A stretch of 62,246 bases of DNA, counting the filler. It is 15 parts of 15 records of this genome, joined end to end, with 100 filler letters (N's around TTAATTAATTAA, not from the genome) between each part and the next. Parts side by side here need not be neighbours in the genome. Positions count along the whole stretch, not along the records: positions 1 to 4,367 come from SRR7504441_14885; positions 4,468 to 10,329 come from SRR7504441_14951; positions 10,430 to 14,315 come from SRR7504441_14952; 12 more parts are not named here. One strand, given 5' to 3'. The notes beneath the pieces were generated by a model that worked only from the letters and a program-made list of their open reading frames with translations, had not been told where the DNA came from and ran no database searches. Position 1 is the stretch's first letter. Every line of letters begins with the position of its first letter. The position numbers were made by a program, and so were the translations under genes. Below are positions 1-10,806 of the stretch, one piece after another.

Positions 1-1573
1 CAGGTGTCGAGATTTGCAGGATCAGACTAAGCGCCTCAACCACCAAGTAGAAATGCACAGGAAGGCAGCTGCGGATGCAGTCGAGGATGCGAAGAAAGCT
101 CAGGCGAATGAAGAGAAGCTCATGCAGAAGACCCAGCAGCTCAAGGCAGAACTGAGTGGGAAGCCCACGCGTCGAGCTGGAGACAAGAAGCAGAAGGAAG
201 TCCGCGTGGATGCGAAAAATATGCAGGGCCGCGCAGCTCAGATACAAGCAAAGAGGACTCAAAGTGTTGTTTTCATGCAGGAGAAAAGGAAATCTTTGAT
301 CCCAGAAGCGGATTCTCTCCTGTCGGAAACTATCACGACCAGCATTAAAGAAATCAAAGAGAGGCCACTCACCCCTGACGAAATGATTAGGGCTCTTGCA
401 GTGGAGAATGATATACTACAGAAACGGCTGCAGGAACAGGAGGCAGAGCACGAGGAGGAAGTCAAGCAGAAAATGCGCGAACTGCAAGATGCATTGAGCA
501 TGCAAGATATGTCTACTGCAGAGGCGTCAGCAGAATTGTCTCGCGTGAAAGCTCAGCTCTCTGGGAAAGAGCAGGAGCTGTCTAAGGCAGAGGGAAAGGT
601 CAAAACACTTGAGGTGCAGCTGAAAGAGATTGATTCAATCAATTGGGAGCTAGAGCGTGAAGTGCGCCAGGTTACTCAAAAACTCAAAGGCATGGAAGGA
701 GAGCTGTCGTCCACCAAAGGATCTCTTGAGGAGACAACCACCAAGTACAATGTGAGCGAGTCTAAGAGAAGAGAGCTAGAACAGGCAGCTGAGAAACTTG
801 ATCCTGCAGCCCTCGAAAAGTTGCAGGCTTTGGTGAATGCTGAGAAGCACAGAAGAATTGAAATGGAAAACGATGCAAAAAGGAATGCTGATGAGGCGCA
901 GAAGCTTCAGTCTAATCTATCAGAGGTGCAGAGAGATTGCGAGGAGTTGAAACAGCTGGCTCAGAGTGAATCCAGAAAGTGTATGATGGCAGGCTTCTCA
1001 GAGAACTCAGTCAAAAAGCAACTTGAAGCAATGAAGAAGGACTTACAACATACACAAGAGATGCTAGCCAAGGCTGAACTCGCTGCTAAAGAATCACTGG
1101 AGCGCGAAAAGAAGAAAGTCAACAAGATCCAACGAGAGCTTGCTAGCACTAAGGAGATGCTACGTGCAAGTCAACGAGCTCATAAGAAAGCTCCTTCGCC
1201 TAAAAAGCACAAAAACAGCCCTATGGATGTGTACATGGACGTGCTCCAGACAAATGAAGCATTCGGAAGACCCCGAGAGATATCAACCAATCTCAATCCT
1301 TTGAGAAAGCAGGACTGGATAGGAGCTGACATAAACGAGTTTGAATGGCCAGCACCAGATGCTGATAGCGCAGAAGTGATAGATGAAGATGATGACTGTG
1401 TTTGGAAAGCAGCTCTTGATCCTGTAATAGATTCCAAAGTCGATTCTGAAAGTGGCTCACCTTGTGCAGCTAGTCCTATTGCAGAGATGGATCATGAGAC
1501 TGCCATCAACGAGGCAATCAACACAGAGCTTTCAAAGGCGCTGGGAGAAAAGGTGACCTTACCACCAATATGA
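1..1573 (+). CDS. Long coiled-coil protein, 3' part (5'-truncated)
   Basis: 519-aa open frame rich in E/K/Q/L heptads with an acidic tail; runs from the window edge; no diagnostic domain seen. Confidence 0.7.
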   Translation, partial: RCRDLQDQTKRLNHQVEMHRKAAADAVEDAKKAQANEEKLMQKTQQLKAELSGKPTRRAGDKKQKEVRVDAKNMQGRAAQIQAKRTQSVVFMQEKRKSLIPEADSLLSETITTSIKEIKERPLTPDEMIRALAVENDILQKRLQEQEAEHEEEVKQKMRELQDALSMQDMSTAEASAELSRVKAQLSGKEQELSKAEGKVKTLEVQLKEIDSINWELEREVRQVTQKLKGMEGELSSTKGSLEETTTKYNVSESKRRELEQAAEKLDPAALEKLQALVNAEKHRRIEMENDAKRNADEAQKLQSNLSEVQRDCEELKQLAQSESRKCMMAGFSENSVKKQLEAMKKDLQHTQEMLAKAELAAKESLEREKKKVNKIQRELASTKEMLRASQRAHKKAPSPKKHKNSPMDVYMDVLQTNEAFGRPREISTNLNPLRKQDWIGADINEFEWPAPDADSAEVIDEDDDCVWKAALDPVIDSKVDSESGSPCAASPIAEMDHETAINEAINTELSKALGEKVTLPPI

Positions 1574-1938
1574 TCCCTCTTTGTCGGTTTTTCCAAACCA
1601 CACTTCTGCTGAGGTGCTCATTGACTCCAAACCCACACATTTTAGACGCCAAAAATAAGACAGTGTTGCTGCACCCCACGCTCCAGGGTGTGCTTGTCGA
1701 GGTGAGACAGCAACAGAATCGGACAATCATTTGTCCTTATCTCGCATTTTCACGTGTCGGTGCAATGCGGATCCATCACTATCCTACAATTATCAATTGG
1801 GCACATTCTCGTACACATTCTCTCATACGAGGACTAATTATACTGAGTGCTCTTATTACTAGTTATCATTGTTGATCTTTACAATGCACTTAATTAAGTC
1901 TTTACTACAATATCGTGACCAGGCTTGTAAATAGTAAC

Positions 1939-4229
1939 TTATCGTGTCTTGAAGCTCCCAGCTCTTGATTGGGCAAGCGACTCAGCAAATGCGGATTGCT
2001 TTTCCTGTTCAATAAGTTCTTCCTTGATTTCTTCTGTTCTTTTACTACAGGCATCCACACCTTGTTGGTACAGTTCTCCGCAAATTCGGCGTGTGGTAAG
2101 AAGCACCATCTGCGCATGTTTGATGGCAAGTTGGCTCACATCTTCATAGTGTCGTGATCCAACAACACAACTGGGATCATCACACAACTCAATCTCTGCT
2201 GCTCGAAGTAGGACTAAAGAAATTGATGCAACCTCTCGTGATTGTGAAATCCATCCCTTCTCGCCCATCTTGTGGGCCTTTATCATTGTGTCAAATGCGC
2301 CCTGAACAGATGGCAACCAGTCTCCAGTGGCCAGTATGCCCATTGAGCTTTCTAATAAGTGAGTTTGTGTTTGACGAGCTGCAAAGCAAGACTTGTAATA
2401 GTCAGCAAAGTCATGAGGGTGTTGCTGCCGTGCTCTCGCTGCCTCAGCACGTGCACAGCCAAGTGCCACCAGTAGTCTACAATGCAACCTCGAATTTTCT
2501 ACTCCAGCATCTATCTGTGTAAGAGCAGTTTCTACTATCTTGATTGCATGGTACCATTGTGCTCGCTGTAGGCAGATCCGGAGAACATCAAGCATTGCTC
2601 GAAGTTCACTTTCGCTGAGTTCCTTTGCTTCAGCATCAGCTGGCGACTGCCCAGAATTATTCCGCAGGCACAGCTTGGTAATTTCTGTCTGATGCGTTTC
2701 TGACTGGCTGCGGAATCGCCAGGCAGCGCAGCTGTGCTCCATTGCTTGCGGGTAGTCCTTGGACATTGAAAGGAGCCTGCCCATGAAGTCTCGGATGTCA
2801 CTTTCTAAAGCCTCGTCATTCAGACCCTGTGCAATCTTTAGTGCCCGTTCTTCAAGCGAGATACACCGAATGGCCACGTCCATCAAGGTCTTCTGCTCGT
2901 CATGCTTAGCGAGCTCTTTCTTACCGTCTTCCTGCTGGGAGTCTTGCCACTGCGTTGCTTGCTGCATCAGCACAATAGACTGGCTATGCAGGACTCTCGC
3001 CATTCCATGCTGGTCGCCATCAGCCTTTCGAATATGAAAAGCGACCTGGAGAAGTTCCACTGCCTCTGAATACTGACCAACAACGCGAAGAGCGTGTGCA
3101 AGGCAATGAAGGACAGAAGCATATTCACTTGATTCCTCTCCAAAAGCAGCCTTGACGTGCGTTACAACTCGCTGTAACACTGCAGGACATTGATGATGAT
3201 ACCCACCGGCCATTAATGTGCGTCCGACTTGTGTGAGATTCGTGCACATCTGTGCTGCAACTTGCTGCGCCTCGTTGTAACAGAACTTGTCAAACACAGT
3301 TGAGATCTCACTGGAGTCTAGCCTCATCGTCTTTGAGGTTGCATGCTTCAGGAACAAGCGCTCGATAGCTGCTAGCCAGTCTTCACTATCGTCATTAGTA
3401 ATGTCTCTGTCAGTTGACAGGTGGCTCTCAGCCATGACTGAATCTGGGTCCACGATCACAGAGCCTCGCAGCAGCTCATCCACTGTTGACTTCATGGCCC
3501 TCTCGTGCGGTTCCATCTCCCGACGGGCGTTCTTAAGGTCCTCGATAGCCTCGAGCATCCGCACAGCCACATCCGCTTCCTCTCTTTCCAACCGTGACTT
3601 CTGCAGCGCTGCCTCCGCTTCCGTCCTCTCCCGTTCTGCCTCCTTTCGCGCCATATTTGCCGCCTGCTGCGCCGCCGTCAGCTCAGCAGAGTGCACTGTA
3701 ACCACTGCCCTGGCTTGCTCCACCTCCCCTCTCAGTGCAGCCTTCTTCGCCCTGAGCACACTCTGCGCCACCCGCGACTGACCGCCCTCGCGCATCTCCT
3801 TCGCTGTGGCCTGCAACGCCGCCTCCAGCGACCGCAACTTCCGCTCGGCGTTCTGAGCCGCCTCGCCCGCCTCGGCCGCGGCTGCCTCCAGCCGTTCGGC
3901 CTGACTCGCCGAGTACTCGGCCTCCATAACCTCCACCTGAGCCCTCTTCTGGGCTTGCTCTGCCTCACTCATCTCCTTGTGCATGGCCGCCGCGAGCTCC
4001 TGGGCGTGCGCCTGCTCGATCTCGGCGGCCTGGACCCGCCGGTCGGCCTCGCCCGCCTGCCAGAGCATCTGCTGCAGCTCAGCCTCCACCCGAATCGCCT
4101 CCAGCGCCTGCCGGGTCTCCCGTCAGACACCGCCGGACAAGGGGGGCGGACCATGTTGATCGACTCCAGCTTGCCCAGCCCTGGGGTCTCAAAGTGCATC
4201 GCGCCCTTCCGGGCCTCGGAAGCCGGCAT
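1939..4229 (-). CDS. Coiled-coil plus TPR-like helical repeat protein
   Basis: ATG at 4229 (MPASEARKG); 44-nt GT-AG intron 4108-4151 with CTGAC branch joins the 716-aa ORF; TPR-like helices (ASVLHCLAHALRVVGQYSEAVELLQVAFHIR). Confidence 0.65.
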
Positions 4230-4337
4230 GCCTGGGCTGCCCGGCACCACTCTACTGGGCTCGCGCCCCTTTTCGTCTTCAGGCCGCTTGAATTCCGTAG
4301 ATTACACAGGGTATACGTATGCGTACCTCATAGGGTG

Positions 4338-4367
4338 CAATCAATCAATCAATCAATCAATCAATCA
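4338..4367. repeat. (CAAT)n microsatellite at contig end
   Basis: About 7.5 copies of CAAT directly before the N linker. Confidence 0.95.
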
Positions 4368-4467
4368 NNNNNNNNNNNNNNNNNNNNNNNNNNNNNNNNN
4401 NNNNNNNNNNNTTAATTAATTAANNNNNNNNNNNNNNNNNNNNNNNNNNNNNNNNNNNNNNNNNNNN
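4368..4467. other. Artificial contig linker
   Basis: N44-TTAATTAATTAA-N44, stops in all six frames; identical at 14 places. Confidence 0.98.
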
Positions 4468-4499
4468 AATGTCATGTATAGTACAAGCAATATCTATTG

Positions 4500-6964
4500 T
4501 CATTGGCCTTGCTCTCCCCATATCGGCAAGGCTATTCGCTGAGTATGCTCATCCTTCCACAATGGCATCACATCGACGCTCGCTTCAGTCACCCTGACAT
4601 AAACTAAGAGCTCCTGGTCCTTCCTTACCCGAATATCCGGTGCAAAGGTGAGTACAGGCTTCCATGTCACTTGGGAGCTCCCAGGACCAGTCCACCTGGC
4701 CCCGGCTGGTTGAGATCCGACCTGAACCTGCGCATGTTACCCTTTGCTCTCGTCGTCAAGAACGACGTCCCACCAGAAGCACACAGCGTTGACCCGCCCA
4801 GAAGAGCTGACTGGGATTTTCACCTGAGTCCTCGTTAGTTTTTCCTAAAATCGCAGATACTCTGTGCTCAAAGACAGCGAGGCTTTTGAAGTCGAGTTCA
4901 CCCACAGCGTGAGCCTTTGAGCGCTGGTTGTGTGGGATCCTGTCGAGCCAGAAAGGGCCCCACTGAAAGTGTGGCTGAAACGCCTCCTGGACCGCGGCCA
5001 TCGACAGCCCGTCCACTTGGCGTACACTCAACTCGAGCAGCTGCACCAGCTCTCAAGATCTCTCATGGCAACTGGACATGATCGTGTGCAAGGTACCTGG
5101 ACATGCAGCACTGCTCGAGCCGGGATTACTATCGCATCAGGCTTGGCTAAGTGCTCTGTCGCGTGCCGGATCGTGGTGAAGACCCCCTCGCCCACGAGCA
5201 AGTCGTCCAGGATCTCGCTCACTAGCACATCGGCTCGGTCAGCTGGAGACAACTCGGCCTGGGTTGACTGCAGCTGATGGATCTGCACTTGGTCAGCGAA
5301 CCCTGTGTCCTCGCTCACGCCGCCGGTAGTAGGCAATACCGTTGTCGCGGGCAACATCGACCGCACACTCGCACAACAGAGGGACCATCTCGAATGCCAC
5401 CACTGGGCATGCGCCCGCCCGCGCAGCGAGTACAGCTAGCAACCCGCTCCCGCTCCCAATATCCACAGCAATGCACTCCCGGTCTAAGCCGGCTCGTTTC
5501 TTAGTCACGGCCCGCTGAATAGCCCCAGCATATTCGCGATTCCGGACAGCGTCGGCAATCATCCCGAAATGGTATACCGGGATTGGAAACGCGGCACCTG
5601 CAGCAGGTTGAAGCCAGGTCGTGCTGGGCAGCACCTGCGGGTGGCGCTGGGTGCGCTTTCCCAAGCCGCCGACCGGTGCAGCTGAGTACCTCGCACTGCA
5701 GATGCCCAGCCGAGTATGTCGCCTAGCGCTGCCTGTCAAGAAAGGGCGCAGAATTAAACACCTGCAGCTCGACTGTGTCGCCAGGTGCAAGCTGCCACTG
5801 GTCATCCAGATACGCCACGGCTTGCTTGAACGCTCGCAGATCGGACGGCCTGTTCTCCCACCTGGACTAGCCCTCAGGCCTGGCCCTAGTTGTGTCTCGC
5901 ACTCCTCCTCGCGCCCCGAACCAAACTGGAGAACTGGCCAGTACACGATCGCATTCAGCACTCCCGATGCCTGAGCTTCGGGATTAAACCCGCGTTGCAG
6001 CCCGACCGGCTCTGAGCCGAGCTCAAGACTGGCGAGTTCCAGCTCGGGTAACAGGACAGAATGCTCGTGCCGGGCCAGATGGACCGGCCAGTAGCCCGGC
6101 GGCCGATCGGGCTGGTGCGGGCAACGGAAGCGGTCAAACTGGCTAAGGTCAACGTCGCATTGGCTGGGAGTCAGGAGCTGCACTCCGATCCCCTTCAACT
6201 GCCCCCGGCTCAGCACAGCCCGAGCTGCCAGCCACCGCGGCACGCCGAGGAATCAGCCAGGCCCCGTCGGCCAGCACCCCGCAGCGCCTAGCGCTCCAGA
6301 GGTCCTCCACCATCTGCAGCAGCGACGGGTCCGGCGCCGCACTCACTGCTGCGTCATACCGCGCCCCAGGCTGCAGCGCGCTGATCACGGTGAGCTCCAG
6401 CCCGTTCTCCCTGGCCAGGTGCTCCACCAGCTCGCCCAGGAAATCCACGCTCTCCCACACCGTAACTCTCGCCCCGAGCGCCGCCGCCCGCAGCCCTGCC
6501 AGCACACTCCAGGCCCCGATGCACAGAAAGTGGCGGCATCCGGCGGCCACTGCCTTGCCGACCGCCGCGCTGTATTGGCCGGCCCGGGGCCGGTCGGCGG
6601 CCAGGGCGCTGAACATGTGTAGGAAGTGCATCTTTACCTGAGCGACCAGGTTGAGCCTGCTCACCGCCTGGTTGCACTCGCGCTGATCCCGACCAGCCAT
6701 GTAGCCCCGGAGTCCCACCCGCTTGATCGCCGGGCATCGGTCGCACTCGGCCTGCCGCTGCGCCAACAGCGCGGCCAGCTGCGGGTACACCGGCAGCCCG
6801 CCGCCCTTGAGCCCGTTCTCGAGGGTGACTACCAGCCGCGGGTGCGTCGAGCTCTTGTCGAGCGTGAGCGGCAGCCGCCGGGTCGGCTGGTGCGCGGCGA
6901 GCCGGTGCCGCCGCCGCTCTAGCGGCGAGCTGAACTGCCGGCCGCACACCGGGCACACAAACAT
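4500..6964 (-). CDS. Protein arginine methyltransferase (PRMT7/9-like tandem modules) with N-terminal C2H2 zinc finger; multi-exon
   Basis: CPVC-x12-HRLAAH finger; module 2 has HFGMIADAVRN, VDIGSGSGLLAVLAARAGA, double-E loop SEILDDLLVGEG, VIPARA and barrel VNAVCFWWD; short GT-AG introns restore the frame; stop at 4500-4502. Confidence 0.8.
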
Positions 6965-7105
6965 CGTCGGCCGCGCACCCGGCACACCCGGCAGCAGTGA
7001 ACGCCAACGGCAAATTGCAGCGCAAGGCCGCAGTGCTCTGCAGGCTGCTCGGGTGTCTCACAGGGGGCGGGATGACGGCGCGGGGCTGCCGGTAGCTCGA
7101 GCAGG

Positions 7106-10092
7106 ATGATCGAGCCGCTGCTGGCGTTCGAGGCGTTCAAATGCATCCCGGTGATCGACCAGGTCTATGGGAGCAAGGTGGAATGTATCGACTTTTACGA
7201 GAACAACCTGTACGTCGGCACCTCCGACGGCAACCTGCTGCTGTACAACTTCGAGGAGGCATCCACCTCCGCCGCGGGCGACCCAGTCTACCGGTCCAAC
7301 CTGCACATGCGGCTGTCGTGTGGCCAGCGGGCGCCGGTGGAGCAGATCGTAGTTATCGGGGCGCTGTCCAAGCTGGTGGTGCTGTGCGACGGGAACGTCA
7401 CGGTGCACAACGCGCACACGCTAGAGCAGTCCACGCCCACGGCGCTGGTCAAGGGCGGCAACCGGATCTGTGTGGGGCAGGATGACATCAGCTACAAGCT
7501 GTGCGTGGCTACTCGCAGGAAGCTGCACTTGTTCAAGTACGTGGGCCAGTTCCTGCCCGATAAGCAGCTGGTCATCCCGGACACTGCGATCGCGCTGGCC
7601 TGGTCCGGGCACCACATCTGCGTGGGGTACAAGCGGGAGTATCTTCTCCTGAATGACGACACAGGAGAGACCAAGGACATCTTCCCTCTCGACAGGCAGA
7701 CCCCGCTGATCAAGCTGCTTCCGACCACCAACGAGCTGCTGCTCCGGCTGGAGAAGATCGGAGTGATCATGGGCTTCGACATTGTGGCGTCGCGCCCGCA
7801 GGTTCAATGGTCGTACACGCCGCTGGCTGTCGGACATTCATTCCCTTATGTTATAGCACTGCTCAAAAAGACGATCGAGGTGCATAATCTGTACGACACG
7901 TCGAGCAGCGTCCAGAACATCGAGCTGCAGGGCGGGAAGGCCATCGCAGACGACGGGCATCACGTGTTTGTGGCCACCTCGAACAGGATTCTGGCACTGG
8001 TCCCAATTCCATACGAGCAGCAGATCAAAAAGCTGGTGGCCTCAAAGCGGGTGGACGACGCGATCGACTTGCTCCACCGGCAGTCAGACTTGCGCGTGGA
8101 GGATCTGAAGCCAAAGATCTCCGGGATCCACATTCAGGCCGGTTTTGTGCATTTCAACGACCTGAACTTTAAGCAGTCGATGGACCACTTCAACCAATGC
8201 GACCTAGACCCGCGCGAGATCCTAGCCTGGTTCCCGCTGCTGCTCCCGGCCTCCTGCCACTACAGGCCGCAGCACCAGTACCCGAGGGAGGACCTGGAGT
8301 CGTTTGTTGGACTCAAGCTGAGGGAACGTGACATCCTGGATCCGAGTGCAATCAGCCAGCAATGCCATCTGGCCAAGGAGTGCGTCATGTCGTATCTCGA
8401 GGGGATTCGCACCAAGGGCGCCGACGACGACGAGGGGGAGAGCGATCTGCCTGGCAGCCTGCAGGTTGGGCCGCGGGCTGGGTCGAGCACTGACTGTGCG
8501 GTGGCAGGAGGCAATCGATACTGTGCTGCTCAAGCTCTATGTCGACCTCGGGTATACGCACCAGAACCAGCTGCATCTGGACAAGCTGGACGAGTTTGCC
8601 AACTTGCCCAACCATGCGTCGCTGCCCGACTGCGAGCCTTATCTGGTCACACACAAGCGGTACAATGGGTTGGCGCTGTTGTTCAAGCAGAGAGGCCAAG
8701 ACGTGAAAGCGCTCGACATGTGGTCCAAACTCGGCAGCGAGGACGTGTTTGATAACGGGCGCGACGGTGTGAAGGAGACTGTATCGTTCCTTTCTGGGCA
8801 CGATAACCACATGCTGGTGATGCAGTACAGTCGGTGGGTGCTGCAAAAGGACCCGGAGGAGGGTCTCAAGATTTTCACCTCTGCGCAACGGCAGACCGAG
8901 ATCCCGCCCGACGATGTGCTCGACCACCTTAGGTCTGCCTGGCTTGCGAGGCGGCCAGTGAGATTCCCGGGGCCAGGTCTTACAAGGATCTTCTCTCACA
9001 GCAGTATCTTGAGTATTTAGTTCATGTGAGCAAAACCGAGGTCGAAAAGTACCACACGCAGCTGGCAATCCGTTACCTTGAGATCATCATATCAGCCACC
9101 AGCAACTCCGGGCACGCCGCTGTCAAGCTCAACCCGGAGCTCTTGCAGACCAAGAAAACGCTGCTCAACTTCCTAGAGTCGTCCCAGTACTATGATGTCT
9201 CAACGTTGCTGGGCCGGACCGTGAAAACCAACATGTGCGAGGAGCGAGTGGTGCTATTTAAGAAGGCCGAGCAGCACTACCAGGTGCAAATTCCACGCAT
9301 GGTGGCACTCATCGTGATTGCGTGGCAGGCCCTCAGGATTCTAGTTTACAATCTGGATAATACAGCGGCTGCGGAGAATTATTGTCTGGATAACGGGACT
9401 CCCGACAACGGAACCGCAAAGCCGGTGCCAGTTGACGGGGCGATTGAGCCGTCCAAGCCAAGGCACACCCAAGCCGACCTGCTTCTGCTGCTGATGAAGG
9501 CACGCCCTAGCTGTAGGGTGGGCATGATGAGTGGGTTAGGTCTACTTGTCGCCTCCGAGCGAACAGCCCCGGATGCTGATGCTGGGCCACGCGCTCAAGC
9601 TGCTCGAGGAGAGGGGCAAGGCGCTCGATCCGATCGACGTGCTGGCTGAGCTGCCGCCCTCGATCCCGATCAAGCACATATTAGGGTTTTTGGACCAGGT
9701 GCATTTCACAGCTGGAGCTGCAGGCTGACTGGGGCCAGGCGATCCCGCACCATACACACCGGCTGCGCGACGGCCAGATCGTCAAGCAGCTGGCGATCAA
9801 TGAGAACCAGCAGGTGGCCGTCAAGCTCATCGCGCAGAAGGGCCGCAGGACGGCGATTACAGACGACAGGATCTGCCCAGTTTCGGCATGCCGGCGGAAG
9901 ATAGGCTCTGCAGCGTTTGGGGTGCTGCCGAATTCGAAAGTGGTGCACTACATGTGCTTGGGTGAGGACCTGCATATCTGTCCAGTGACAGGGATGAATT
10001 TTAAGACCAAGAAGAAGGAGAATGTTAGCGCAAAGCGCGACAACGACGATGCTCGAAGCCATCCAAGCTCTAGTTTCGATCACGAGAGGTGA
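7106..10092 (+). CDS. Vps39/Vam6/TGFBRAP1-family tethering-complex subunit (CNH domain, helical region, C-terminal zinc finger)
   Basis: LYVGTSDGNLLLY CNH start, DPREILAWFP, AIDTVLLKLY, YHTQLAIRYL, C-terminal CPVSACRRKIG..VVHYMC..CPVTG; introns 8465-8507, 8933-8976, 9284-9328, 9500-9539 (GC-AG) and 9699-9738 give one continuous frame. Confidence 0.9.
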
Positions 10093-10329
10093 CACTAGCT
10101 TAGCGCTATTAAATGTAGCGCTTAGAACTGTACAAATAAATTCACTGATGCGGCTGAAACCTGTAGATGCTAATACTTAGATCAAATACCATCTCGCGAT
10201 GCAGCGCTTCCCAGTGGGTCCCGCTATCTCCCCCCTCGCCTAATAGCGAGTCACCAATGCAGGCCACCAGCGACCGTGGCCTCAGCCTCCGCTCCAGGAC
10301 AGGCCGGAGCTGCCTCGGGCTCAGGCCAG

Positions 10330-10429
10330 NNNNNNNNNNNNNNNNNNNNNNNNNNNNNNNNNNNNNNNNNNNNTTAATTAATTAANNNNNNNNNNNNNNN
10401 NNNNNNNNNNNNNNNNNNNNNNNNNNNNN
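10330..10429. other. Artificial contig linker
   Basis: N44-TTAATTAATTAA-N44. Confidence 0.98.
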
Positions 10430-10720
10430 ATGACTTCGTACGGTGGATACGGAGGCAACCTAGCGCTCAAGGACGCACAGGATGTGGCTGAAGCCATCGC
10501 TAGGGCTGCGGAGCAGGGCGGTGCGGTTGAGTGCAGGGCTTTATGCCAGCAACTGCTATATCGGAGCAGCGAGCCGAGCGAGGAGAGCAGAGGGCTGGCG
10601 GCGGCGTTTCACTCGGGGAAGGTGGTGTCAACAGATACATTTGATTGGTCTTTGACTGGCGGTAATCTCGGGTGGCTCTGCTATCGATGCTTTGATTTCG
10701 TGAGATCGTTCCTCCGATAA
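10430..10720 (+). CDS. FAD-dependent monooxygenase, C-terminal fragment (5'-truncated)
   Basis: MTSYGGYGGNLALKDA resembles the MxPxxGQGGNxALEDA segment that follows the GD motif of flavoprotein monooxygenases. Confidence 0.6.
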   Translation: MTSYGGYGGNLALKDAQDVAEAIARAAEQGGAVECRALCQQLLYRSSEPSEESRGLAAAFHSGKVVSTDTFDWSLTGGNLGWLCYRCFDFVRSFLR

Positions 10721-10806
10721 TTATCCGATAATCGCATGGTTAATTAACTAGAGTTATAGGCGTCAGTAATGTCACTTGCCATGATACGACGGTACAATAG
10801 CTCGAC

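Noticed and set aside
4412-4423. TTAATTAATTAA repeated 14 times as a biological repeat or target site
   Set aside because: Always centred in exactly 44+44 Ns; it is a six-frame-stop linker. Gene adjacency across linkers is therefore meaningless, and no gene cluster was inferred.
10175-10329. Minus-strand fragment (GLSP..GDSLLGEGEI) resembling an MnmA C-terminus
   Set aside because: Too short and truncated to support a call.
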